This document shows positions 1 to 10,800 of a stretch of 64,000 bases of DNA, one piece after another. Where the stretch lies: contig CM000435.1 in assembly GCA_000165345.1 (NCBI GenBank), forward strand, positions 1,120,001-1,184,000, given 5' to 3'. The notes below the pieces were generated by a model. The model was not told the origin of the DNA, did no database searches, and was given only the letters and a program-made list of their open reading frames with translations. The position numbers were made by a program, and so were the translations under genes. Each line of letters starts with the position of its first letter. Position 1 is the first letter of the stretch.

Positions 1-31
1 TAAACTTTGTTCTGGAACTTTATATAAGATC

Positions 32-1132
32 ATGAACAATGAAAAAGACTATGAAGAATTAGTTTCAAAAAATGATTTGAATAACAAATGTTCTATTCAA
101 ATAGAGTATAATAAAGTGAAAGATCTGTTTTGTAAGAAAATGAATATGGTTCAAAATGATGGTGGATTAAATTACTTTAAATTGTTGTCAAAGCTATCAA
201 GATCAAAGGATTGTATATATCCTTTTGGATTTAAGCCTATATTGAATGAAATAGTAAATAGACACAAAGCATTGAAGTTTTTAGTAAAAGACGAAATATT
301 TAAAGAACTGTATATTGAGACAATAATCTCCAGAATATATTATGAATTGGATATATTAGAAATACGAAAATTAAGATTTAAAGATTTTAAAAATACTGAT
401 TTGGTAGATATATTAATAAATATGAAAGGTAATGAATCATTTGATGATTTAATAAATTACTTTAATTACCAACACTTTTATGTTTTGTATAGCCGTTTTG
501 TTGAGTTAGATAGTGATGAAGATCGTTATTTAACATTGGATGATTTTAAGAAGCATGATTCTGGATCATTAACTATGAACGCCTTGACAAGAATATGGGA
601 ATGTAATATATGTGAGAAAAAAGAGTTATTTGAGGATGAATTGAACAGAAATAGAAGGATGAGCTATCATGATTTTATTTATTTTTACATTAGTGATGAA
701 GATAAGACGACAGAAAGAAGTATTAGGTATTGGTTTGAGATTATTGACTTTGATTGTGACGGATGGATAAGTTTTAGTGAGATTGACTATTTTTTTAGAG
801 AACAGAAGAGCAGATGTAACGATTTAAATTATTTTATTCCAGAATTGAATAATATTTCTTGCATGATGAACGATTTACTTATGCCAGGAATACAAGGAAG
901 ATACAGGTTGGATGATTTTCTTAGAAATAAATTAATTGCTGGCCATTTTTTCAATGTTTTAGTTAATACAAAAAAGTGTCTAACTTCAATGTTTATGGAT
1001 GCAGAATTAAATTCAATACAAGCAGTGATTCTTCCTAAATTAGGTTATAAATCTCCTTCTCCATGGGAGTTACATTGCCAATATCAATATCAGATTATCC
1101 AAGACTCAAGAAACGATCAAAATATAGAATAA
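32..1132 (+). CDS. Protein phosphatase 2A regulatory subunit B'' (PR72/PR70-like), EF-hand containing; probably 5'-partial because the frame stays open to position 2
   Basis: Translation has the B''/PR72 family block ...NYFNYQHFYVLYSRFVELDSDEDRYLTLDDF...RMSYHDFIYFYISDEDK...IRYWFEIIDFDCDGWISFSEIDYFF with a canonical EF-hand loop DFDCDGWISFSE. No in-frame stop lies between window position 2 and the ATG at 32, so the true start may be upstream of the window. Confidence 0.8.
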   Translation: MNNEKDYEELVSKNDLNNKCSIQIEYNKVKDLFCKKMNMVQNDGGLNYFKLLSKLSRSKDCIYPFGFKPILNEIVNRHKALKFLVKDEIFKELYIETIISRIYYELDILEIRKLRFKDFKNTDLVDILINMKGNESFDDLINYFNYQHFYVLYSRFVELDSDEDRYLTLDDFKKHDSGSLTMNALTRIWECNICEKKELFEDELNRNRRMSYHDFIYFYISDEDKTTERSIRYWFEIIDFDCDGWISFSEIDYFFREQKSRCNDLNYFIPELNNISCMMNDLLMPGIQGRYRLDDFLRNKLIAGHFFNVLVNTKKCLTSMFMDAELNSIQAVILPKLGYKSPSPWELHCQYQYQIIQDSRNDQNIE

Positions 1133-1416
1133 CAAGAATGGAAGAAAAGTAAAGAAAACTGCAATAAATATTAGTAATACTGGCAATTTTTTTAATAATC
1201 TACTCAGATTTAGCATTTGTAGGCTCCACTTTACATGCATGCATGCAAAATAACACGTAATATCATAAGAAAATTATTAATAGGAAAAAAAGAATTATTA
1301 CTTTTAGATTGCTTTAAACACCTACTATTATAAAAATGATAATGTATATATAATTGTATCGTATTATTTCTTTCGAAAAATAATGAGTAAAATTCTTACT
1401 ATAAAGACTTATAACC

Positions 1417-1430
1417 TTTTTTTTTTTTTT
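1417..1430. repeat. T14 homopolymer followed by a CT-rich stretch
   Basis: Direct read: ttttttttttttttactcctcccctcctctgcctcttc. Confidence 0.9.
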
Positions 1431-1477
1431 ACTCCTCCCCTCCTCTGCCTCTTCATTTATTTTTTCCATTATTACTA

Positions 1478-1690
1478 TTAGTTATTCACTCTTTGTATCC
1501 AATTATTGTAAAATGGATCAAATATAAATTGATTTGAATCTAAAAATAAGTAATCTGTTATCAATACAAAAACTGCAACACCCAATCCTACTGAAGCTGC
1601 AAAAAAGTATTGGTCATATGAGATAAAAACAGCCAATAAGAGAATTAGTACTAATGACCACTCAAATCCTTGTCTAATTTTTCCTGACAT
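1478..1690 (-). CDS. Possible small two-pass membrane protein (70 aa)
   Basis: The ORF encodes two hydrophobic helices (SLVLILLLAVFISY and AASVGLGVAVFVLITDYLF). Its size and topology resemble small ER membrane subunits, but no diagnostic motif is present and it could be a chance ORF. Confidence 0.3.
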   Translation of the reverse strand: MSGKIRQGFEWSLVLILLLAVFISYDQYFFAASVGLGVAVFVLITDYLFLDSNQFIFDPFYNNWIQRVNN

Positions 1691-1920
1691 TATTTTGTTG
1701 CAAAGTTGTAATATTTATCTTGTATATATTCTTATCTATGTATGCTTGAATAAAGAATTTCTAGCCAAAAACCACTTGAATATTTCTTTTCAATACTGGC
1801 TTTATATTTTTCTTAAAGATAATATATATTATAATAGAAGAAAAAAGTTAAACTATTTATTTGGTATAAATTATTTTATTTTCGTATTTTAATATTTAAA
1901 TTTATATTTGTAAATTAAAT

Positions 1921-1938
1921 ATATATATATATATATAT
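1921..1938. repeat. (AT)9 dinucleotide microsatellite
   Basis: Direct read: atatatatatatatatat. Confidence 0.9.
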
Positions 1939-2017
1939 TGTATATATATTTTTATTGTTTATATATGTATTATATATATAAACAAAAATATAGTTGAATA
2001 TTTATTGATAAAAGTTG

Positions 2018-2030
2018 TGGCGGGAAATCC
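2018..2030 (+). promoter_or_regulatory. E2F-like site GTGGCGGGAAATCC about 450 nt upstream of 5S copy 1
   Basis: GGCGGGAAA matches the E2F/DP consensus TTTSGCGGGAAA. The same GGCGGGAAATCC core recurs at 3408-3422, with related sites at 2757-2766, 2836-2843 and 4639-4647. Confidence 0.4.
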
Positions 2031-2478
2031 GAGCCATTTGTTTTAATAACCAAATTACGTAATTTGTGTAAAAAAAAAAGAAAAATAAGGAAAAAGCAAT
2101 TAAAAATTTGAAAATATTGGAATAAACAATTGAATATTATATGAAAATTTGACTTGAGCTGTATTTTCCTGTATTTATTTTTAAAATTTAAAATTTTCTT
2201 TCAAATGTTATTTAAAAATTTAGTATTTCTAATTAAATTTACTTACATGTAAATACTGAATTCTGGTATTAAATTATATAAATCTATTAATGTATTTTCC
2301 AGTTTATACAATAAATCCATTTAGTTTATACCTAATTAATAAAAACTATGTCATTAATGATATAGTTTGGAGAAACTAAATATTATTTTATTTATTTGTT
2401 TTTTTTTAATGTTAAATATAATTTTAATGAAAAAAAATTATAAAATAGATATGATAATGTAATTTGTAGTTACCATCA

Positions 2479-2598
2479 GCAATCGGCCATACTACATCGA
2501 ATATACCGGATCCCATCAGAACTCCGAAGTCAAGCGGTGTAAGGTTCGGTTAGTACTAGGGTGGGGGACCACCTGGGAAGACCAGAATGTCGATCGCC
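2479..2598 (+). rRNA. 5S ribosomal RNA gene, copy 1 of 3
   Basis: A 120-nt element carries the 5S hallmarks GGCCATAC...GATCCCATCAGAACTCCGAAGTCAAGCGGTGTAAGGTTCGGTTAGTACTAGGGTGGGGGACCACCTGGGAAGACC. The 5' GCAATCGGC pairs with the 3' GTCGATCGC as helix I (8 of 9 pairs), and a T5 Pol III terminator follows. Confidence 0.92.
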
Positions 2599-3149
2599 TC
2601 CTTTTTAAAATTTTGTTAATAACTAATATTTAATCTTAATTAAAAGAACTTATTGTTTGATTGGCAAAATGAATTATTTCAATAAGTTATATTTACAATT
2701 TCATCGTTTTATTTTTGTTTAGTTTTTTAGATTAAATTCCATTTTAAATATATAAAGTGGCGGGCTAAATAAAACCGTTATCCATTTTTATTTACAATTG
2801 ATTCATGAAAAAAATATTTTAATAATTTTAAAAAGGCGGGAAGTTTGCATTGGGAGTATTTTAAACTAGAAACCAATTTTACATGTAAGAATATTTATAT
2901 ATAAGGAAAAAGCGTACTAAAAGCAACTTTTACTTTTAAATAAATAGTAGGCTTAAATAATTGAAAATAACAGCAAATTGATTTAAAAGTTATTTAAACA
3001 TACTTCAATCATTCTCTACTCTTTAGTTTTTTTTTTTAACAACCAATATTAAGTATCTAGGATCCCTAATATTAATATTTTTGATATATTTAATTAATAA
3101 AAAAAAAATGAAAAAATTAATATAGTAATGCAATTTGTAGTTACCACCA

Positions 3150-3269
3150 GCAATCGGCCATACTACATCGAATATACCGGATCCCATCAGAACTCCGAAG
3201 TCAAGCGGTGTAAGGTTCGGTTAGTACTAGGGTGGGGGACCACCTGGGAAGACCAGAATGTCGATCGCC
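3150..3269 (+). rRNA. 5S ribosomal RNA gene, copy 2 of 3
   Basis: Near-identical 120-nt copy in the same orientation, followed by TTTTT. The listed ORF 3128-3340 is an artefact of this RNA gene. Confidence 0.92.
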
Positions 3270-3407
3270 TCCTTTTTAAAATTTTTTTTCTTTTGAATAA
3301 CAATTCTTTTTATTTAACAAAGATGAGATACAATTCTTAATTGATAATAGTAATTTTTATTTAGTAATGATGAATACTTTTTAAATAATTATCTTTTAAT
3401 AAATTAG

Positions 3408-3422
3408 TTGGCGGGGAAATCC
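3408..3422 (+). promoter_or_regulatory. E2F-like site TTGGCGGGGAAATCC in the 5S spacer
   Basis: Direct read. It has the same GGCGGGAAATCC core as the site at 2018. Confidence 0.4.
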
Positions 3423-4060
3423 TTCAATTTCTTCTAATTATACAATAATAATATTTTCCCAAATATAAGAAGGAAAGGGAGGGGGTTGAAAGAAATTTGA
3501 ATTTTAGCAATATTTAAAATTTGCATGCACGTATATTTGCGAGTTATATTTATTATCAAAAAAATATTTTTTTTTTTCGTTATGGAAAGTGCTACCAGAT
3601 TGGTCTTACTCCATGAAACTCTAAAGTAATATAATTTGTTTGTAAGTTTCTCAATTTACAAAACAAAAATATCTATATTTAAAAAAAAGTTATTATTTTT
3701 AACCTAATCATTTTTTTTTAAAACTCGTACTAATCTATATTTTAATTCAAATGTATTACAAAAAGTCAAATGCGCGCCATTTGTGTGCATTAAATATTTA
3801 TTTATTAAAATAAAAGTGATCAAATAACATAATTGTCTGTAAATAGTAAAATTGTTAGTAGATACACAATACAAGCTTAAAATTTTTAATTATTTTAATA
3901 CTATTTTTATCTTTTAATTATTATTTTTATATAGTATTACGTTATTACTAATAGTTACCAATAAATAGTTTGTTTATACAATAGTCAACTGCTTATTTCA
4001 ACAATATAATACAAAAGAATAAAAACATTGATATGATAATGTAATTTGTAGTTGCCATCA

Positions 4061-4180
4061 GCAATCGGCCATACTACATCGAATATACCGGATCCCATCA
4101 GAACTCCGAAGTCAAGCGGTGTAAGGTTCGGTTAGTACTAGGGTGGGGGACCACCTGGGAAGACCAGAATGTCGATCGCC
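4061..4180 (+). rRNA. 5S ribosomal RNA gene, copy 3 of 3
   Basis: Near-identical 120-nt copy followed by CTTTTT. The three copies share a conserved roughly 30-nt 5' flank (ATGATAATGTAATTTGTAGTTRCCAYCAGC) but otherwise have unrelated spacers of 551 and 791 nt. Confidence 0.92.
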
Positions 4181-4713
4181 TCCCTTTTTAATTTCTTATT
4201 TTTTGATACATTAATTTATTCTGGATGATAAAAACCCTCAAATACAATCTTTATTTTTTCTAGAAAGCTTGGAAAGACAAATGTTGGCAAATACCTAACC
4301 TTGTAGATATACTGAATGTTATTCTTATTACTATTTTTTCTATATATTTATCTATTTATTTGATTTCTTTCCCCCACCCCCCTTTCATCCATCTAATTTC
4401 CATTTTTCTATATATTTCTATTCCTAATTTTATTTTTAACCTACTTGTTCATTTCCAACTTTCCTAATTTCTTTTACAAATAAAATAATTATATGTATAA
4501 AATGATAAAACAACAAAATTGTTCTTGTAAAATTTCTTAAAATTAGTCATTTTTTACCCCTCAAAAAAAAAAATACTTTAATGTTTTATTATATTCTGAT
4601 TTAGTAAAATTAAACCATAATTTACATGTGGGGTGCATGGCGGGAAAGTTTAGGAAGTATAATTATATAGATTAATTTAGGGAGCATAAAAATATAAGAA
4701 ATAAAACAAATAC

Positions 4714-4754
4714 AAAATAAATAAATAAATAAATAAATAAATATATATATATAA
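4714..4754. repeat. (AAAT)n followed by (AT)n microsatellite
   Basis: Direct read: aaataaataaataaataaataaatatatatatata. Confidence 0.9.
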
Positions 4755-4879
4755 TAGTGAAAGAGCTGTTGATTACAGCAACCATTGAGAGAGAAAGTTC
4801 TTGTCAAGTAAACTTTAAAATCTTCATGCTTTTATTATTGGTTGTTGAAAAGAAATTGGAAACTTCTCGACTTTAAGTT

Positions 4880-7800
4880 ATGCAGGTAGGATCTTTGGGA
4901 AAAGATGATAGGTCATTATCATTCAAGGAAGTTTATGGAGAGAAGTTAGGATTATTCCTTGAAGCAAAGGAAACTTGTTATAAATCTTGGAACCGATCAG
5001 ATTCTCCAGAAAAATTTTGGAAACTATTACAAGAGGAAAAAGAAAACTATCTAAGCTTATTAGTCTCAACTGGATTAAGATTTTCTGAAGAAGTTCAAAA
5101 TGAAGTAGATTGGAAAAATATGTTGGATTTACTTGAAAAAAGTGAATTATCTTTTGAATATCCATTTTCTCTCCCATTTAAATCAACCTATGAATCTAAT
5201 TTTGACTCCTCAACTTCTAATACTACTCCATTAATATGTAACCAATTCTCACCAAAATGGGGTATTCATGCAGGAAAAAGTGCTAAAACTAAAATTGATC
5301 CAAGAAGAGTTAGTGAAAAGTCTTCAAAGAAAGTCCCTTTTGAAATGGATGAAAGACAATGGAAATTTGCTGGATATGAAGTTGTTCTATTATCTATTGA
5401 CTTTATAAGACGTAATATTGGAGAATTAAAATTACAAATTACTAGATTAGAAGAAAGTAAGATGAAGATCGATCGTTTAGAAGAACAATATAAAGCAACC
5501 ACTGGAGGAAATAGAATTAGTGGATCAGGAATACAAACCAAATCTTCTAATATACCAGAAGAAAAAAATCAACATTATAATTTCTCCAAAATATGTACGG
5601 AACAAGGTATAGCTTATGAAAAATTACAAAGTCTTCATTCTAAACTTACTAGAGATTGTGATAATTTAATCTCCATCTACAAATCATTAATGATGTTTTC
5701 TGAAATGGTTAGAATCAAATTTGCTATTGATTCTTCCACTGAATATATTATTTGTTCATTATTAAGTAAATTTGATTCTGGTGGAATGGGTTTCTTTACT
5801 TCTCAAGATATACATCCTCTTGAAACTAGATATAGAGTACTATTATTATTAGAAAGTTGGTCAAAGTCTGATTTACTTACTTGTAATTATTCTACATGGG
5901 ATCATGGAAAAATGAGAATTAAACCAGGAGGAGCTCCAAGAATTATACCTGAAATTACTCATTCTAAAGTACTTAAAGATGAACCAGAATTCAGATCATG
6001 GATTCATAGACAATTACATATTATATATTCTAATCTAGCATTTAAACTTCAAAGACTTGTATTATTTATACCTCCTGGTTGGCTTCAATATCTTCCAGGA
6101 GAAATTGATCTCAGAGATATGTTAGATCTAAGAAATAAATCTTGGTCATATAGTAGTCGAAATATTGGATTAGGTATTCAAAAAGAGCTTCTATCAGAAG
6201 GAGTTCAAAAAACTCTTGGAAAAAATCCACAATATCTTTTAGAATTTACTCTTGAATCCATTACTATTCTTGATCAACTTAGAAATTTATTTGATCAAGG
6301 ATTCTGGGGTGATTCTAACTTTCTTAAAGCTCCTGAAAATCTTAATAATGGACGTGATCTTCTAAATAGACTTCTTCAACTTATGTCAGCTATGGAAAGA
6401 CTTGATTTGGCTATTAGAAGAGACATTTCAAACAATTCTTTAAAATCGGTACCTTCTACATTTCATATTAATTTATCATCTTATTGTATAGAAATGTCTT
6501 CTAATGATAAGAAATACTCATCATCATTCAATCTTGAACCTCAAAACAAACTTGATGGCCACGTTTATACTTCAAGTAATAGCCAACATATACATTCAAA
6601 CTCTAACTCATCCCATATAGAATCTAAAAAGCAATCAGGACATATCAATAGAAGACAATTAATATATACTAATGAATTTGTTAGAGACTCAATAGAAGAA
6701 AGACTTTTGGTTTTACCTAATTTAAGTTCTTATTGGATGCTTGAATCTCAGATATTACATATATTAATTAGAACTTTAATGTCTGTTAATGTCAATTCTA
6801 TTGATCCAAATTCTGGGATTAAAGGAATTGGATTAACTTCTATGGGTCTTCATCAATACTCTCCTTTTATATCCAGATGTATTGTATTTATTGGATATAT
6901 GTTAGAAAATGGAATCTATGTAGATGAAGATCTTAAATATATGGATAAAGTTACTATTACTAAGACTAATATTATACCAACTAGTTTGGATACCTATTCG
7001 TTATATTTGGCATCTTGTATATGGGTTTGTTATGAGAACTTTCTTTCTATTAAGAATTTAAAATCAGTTTCTGGATTAAATCTTGATTATGATCACGAAT
7101 CTCCAATAGGAATAGAAGGATCAGGATTATCTAAGATTAAAGATAAAGATCAAACAAGTATTCAAGAAGTATTTTTTTCTGTATTAGATCTTATTCTTAA
7201 AGATCTTCCTAGTTTTCTTAAATATCAAACTATTTCCAGCTTAGAACAAGAGCTTGCAAGTTCTACACAATCATTAACAAATGCTTACTTTACTATTTCT
7301 TCCCAACCCATTGATCAAAGATCTATCAATACTGGTACTTCTGAGACACTTGTATCTAAAGATACTACAAAGCAATCATCTGGATCTAATATTAGATCCA
7401 GATTTCACAGTAATAGTAGAGAACTTCTAAGAAAGATTACTAATAATAGCAAGGATGTAAAAGAAGGAGGATTATTAGTTGAGAAGTCGTCTTATATTGA
7501 AAATAAAGAAGATGAATTAGATGAAGACTTTACATATTTAAATAGATTCTATAAGATCAATTCATTTATTATTCAGATCCAAGGAAGAAAGACTAATAAT
7601 ATAAGTTCAAATTTAAGTTCAATAATTTGTCAACCAATTTTAAGACAAAATGATCAACTTTGGAAAAGTCCTGATTGGATGATTTGTCTTAGAGACGGTA
7701 TATCTAAAGGTATCAAGAATAAAAATAATAAAGAAGATACTTTAAATGATCAATTTTGGAGGATTTTTGGTATATCTTTAACAACAAGTTCAAGATCAGA

Positions 7801-10800
7801 AAGAGTATATGGAGAAATACTAATAAGAAGATTAAGTACTTTATCTTTCAGATCAAGAATTCTTTGTCTTTGTCAAAGCTTCTTTAAATTAGGAGCTCCA
7901 GGAATTCTAAGAAAGCTTTTACAGATTATAAGTAGGATGAACACGTGTATGGTATTAGAAGAAGATGATAGTTTATCATTAGTAGCTAGAAGAGCAGCAA
8001 ATATGGCTCAAATTGGTTCAGATAAAAGACTTTGGACTCGATATTGTAATTATTGTATTTTAAGATCAAATGAATTAAAGATTAGAGAGTTATTTGAGAT
8101 CCCAATGCAAATGTTAAAACTTCCAGCAACTCACTATGTTGAATTAAAGCTTAGATTGAATTCTAAAGATTTAAGAGATAGTGAGGAGAAGGAAAGAATG
8201 GAAAGATTAGCTCGTCAAGAGATTCAAGGATGTTTAGAGACATTTATAAATGCATTTAGGTTTTTAGAGGATACATTTATATCAGAAACGATCACGGGTT
8301 GGAGTAGAGTAATGTATGAAGGAGCAAGTTTGACAGCAGGAGGAGGAAGTATAAGTTTAGTAAGGGACTATGTACTAATAACAGTGAGATTACTTGAAGT
8401 ATATGCTCCATATTATATGGAAGAGTTAATGAATTCAGAATATTGGGATCTTTTAATGATTTCAAGGTCTCAATTTGAAGATCTTGTGTCAAGTATAATA
8501 GGAATAGATAAATATATGGTGATCTTAAAGAATTGGTTAGAATTTAATTTGGATTCTATTAAGATCCAGAGTAGGATAATAGATGCTCAAATGATATACA
8601 ATCAAATAAATAATGTGAGTAATGATTATAATTCCCAATTAGAGTTAAGACTGCAAGAGATGATGAGGAGACGGTATATGAATGATCATTTACAGCAGGT
8701 AACTTTGTTTAATTTATTTTCTCCACAGTTTATATTATTAATTCAGAATAGGATTAATAATATAGAGTATCTAGTATATAAAGTTTATCAGGATAATAAA
8801 GATTCAGGATCAAACTCTTGGATTAGAGGGATAAATGCTCCAGAAATTTATACATCTTCAATAATGATCGATATCGGAACAATAGTGAATACAGGAGTAG
8901 AATCTCTAGCAGAATGGTTGATTTTTCCTTTTGAAGATGAGCAATCTTTATCACTTTGTTTATCTCCAATAATGAAATTTTATAGGGACTTGACGACTTT
9001 TATTGTAAATACAATAAAGAGGGAGCTTGGTTGTAGTAAATACGAGCTGGTGGATTCTTATATACGATATATTTTGGATATTATTTCGGTACTTTGCAAG
9101 AATGGTATTGGTATTAATGGAGGGAGTTCATTTGGAAGTTCAGTAATTCAAGAACTTAAGAATCTTGTAAAGATTCACAAGATTCCCAATTTGGTTCGAA
9201 AGATCTTATCTTTTTCTTCAAATGATTTCAATACCGGTATAGGCAATACCGGTGTTGGTAATAATATGATGAATAACAATATATCATATGCTTCTTCAAA
9301 TATTGGAGGAATTAGTAATATTAGTGGGGCTGGAGAAGCTTCATTAGGTATTGGATCTGGAAATAGATCAAATAATGGAAGCTGGAATAGAAGTAAGATT
9401 AAGATATCAGAAGCGAATATGAGAGTACCGGATAGAATTTTAGTAGAAAAATTTGAAAGGGGAAGAATTTTCTTCAGTCTTTTGAGTTTGTGCTTACAAT
9501 TAGAAGATGAAGAGAGAGAAGAGATCGGAGAAGGAGCAATGACAGGAGTAGAAGAGAAAAGAAAGTTAAAAAAGAACATGAGAGATGGTTCAGGTCTTGG
9601 CGTGGAGGGATATTCAAGCATGGCCAGAAAAGGAAATACTTATGGAGACATTGGTAGTTATATGAACAATGCAAGTATTTCTAGTATTAGTGTTAGCTGT
9701 ATGAATTACGTGGATACAAAGGATCTGAAGTTTTTGGTTTCAATCCACAACTTATTCTTCTTCAAGAATATTATTTTAGAGACATCTTCTAAATTTTTTA
9801 CCCTTTTCTTTGGAGATTTCATTTCTCCTGATCAAGATCATGATCTTGAACAAGAAAGGTACCGAAATCAAGATCAGAATCTGCAAAAAATTGTTTCTTT
9901 GCCTTCTAAAAGCGAAAGAAGCAACTCCTTTTTGTCTAGCTCAGTAAAATATCAAGTGGATCACAAACAAACAGATCAACATGTAGAAGAGAGAAAGCAA
10001 TATAAATTAGCAGATGAAGTTCTTTTGAAAATGAAGAAAATGTTAGAATTCTTGAGGAGTTATGGAGCAATGGATAATGATGAGAATAAGTTATTGGCAT
10101 CAGAAACAACAACTGAACTAAATCGGCTCTTATTTTCTCAAAGTGCCAGTTCCTTAATCTCAGATCCAAAGTCTCAGGGACGTTATAGAAAGCTTTTTCT
10201 GAATCTAATAGAGGAATGTATTCAAAATATTGATTCATTGATACTTTACATTTTCAAGATGTATTGTATTAAAACAATTTCATGTACTTTTGGTCAAGAA
10301 TTCTTTTTAAGAATCTACGGTACCGGATTATTAAATGAAATTCAAAATCATACAACCAGTAATAATAATGATAATAATAATAATAATAATAGCAAAGGAA
10401 GCTATTCATACACTTCTTCTTACGAAGAAGAAACAGATCTAAGCTTAGAAAACTTGATTCCAGGATTAAACTCATGCTTCAGAAGCTTTCTGTCTCAATG
10501 TCCCAATCAAGACAAATCCTGTTACTTCAATGATCACAATGAAGATGAAAAGACAACAGGTGAAATCTTTACTCTATTAATTTCAAAAGGAATTTCAACA
10601 CAAAGCCAAATCGAAAACGAGTTTAATAAAGAATACATGAAATCATTAGAACTACTTTGGCTCTCTCATATATTTGAATTGTCCCTAAGTAAAACTGGAT
10701 CACAATCATTCTATACTGACAAGATCTCCACCACCTTTGAATACGACTTCGAAATTTTAGATGAATTAAGGAGAAGCTCCAATGTGACTGATATCTATTC

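Noticed and set aside
3128-3340. 70-aa ORF overlapping 5S rRNA copy 2
   Set aside because: The ORF is entirely explained by the 5S rRNA gene sequence. The same reading frame is broken in copies 1 and 3.
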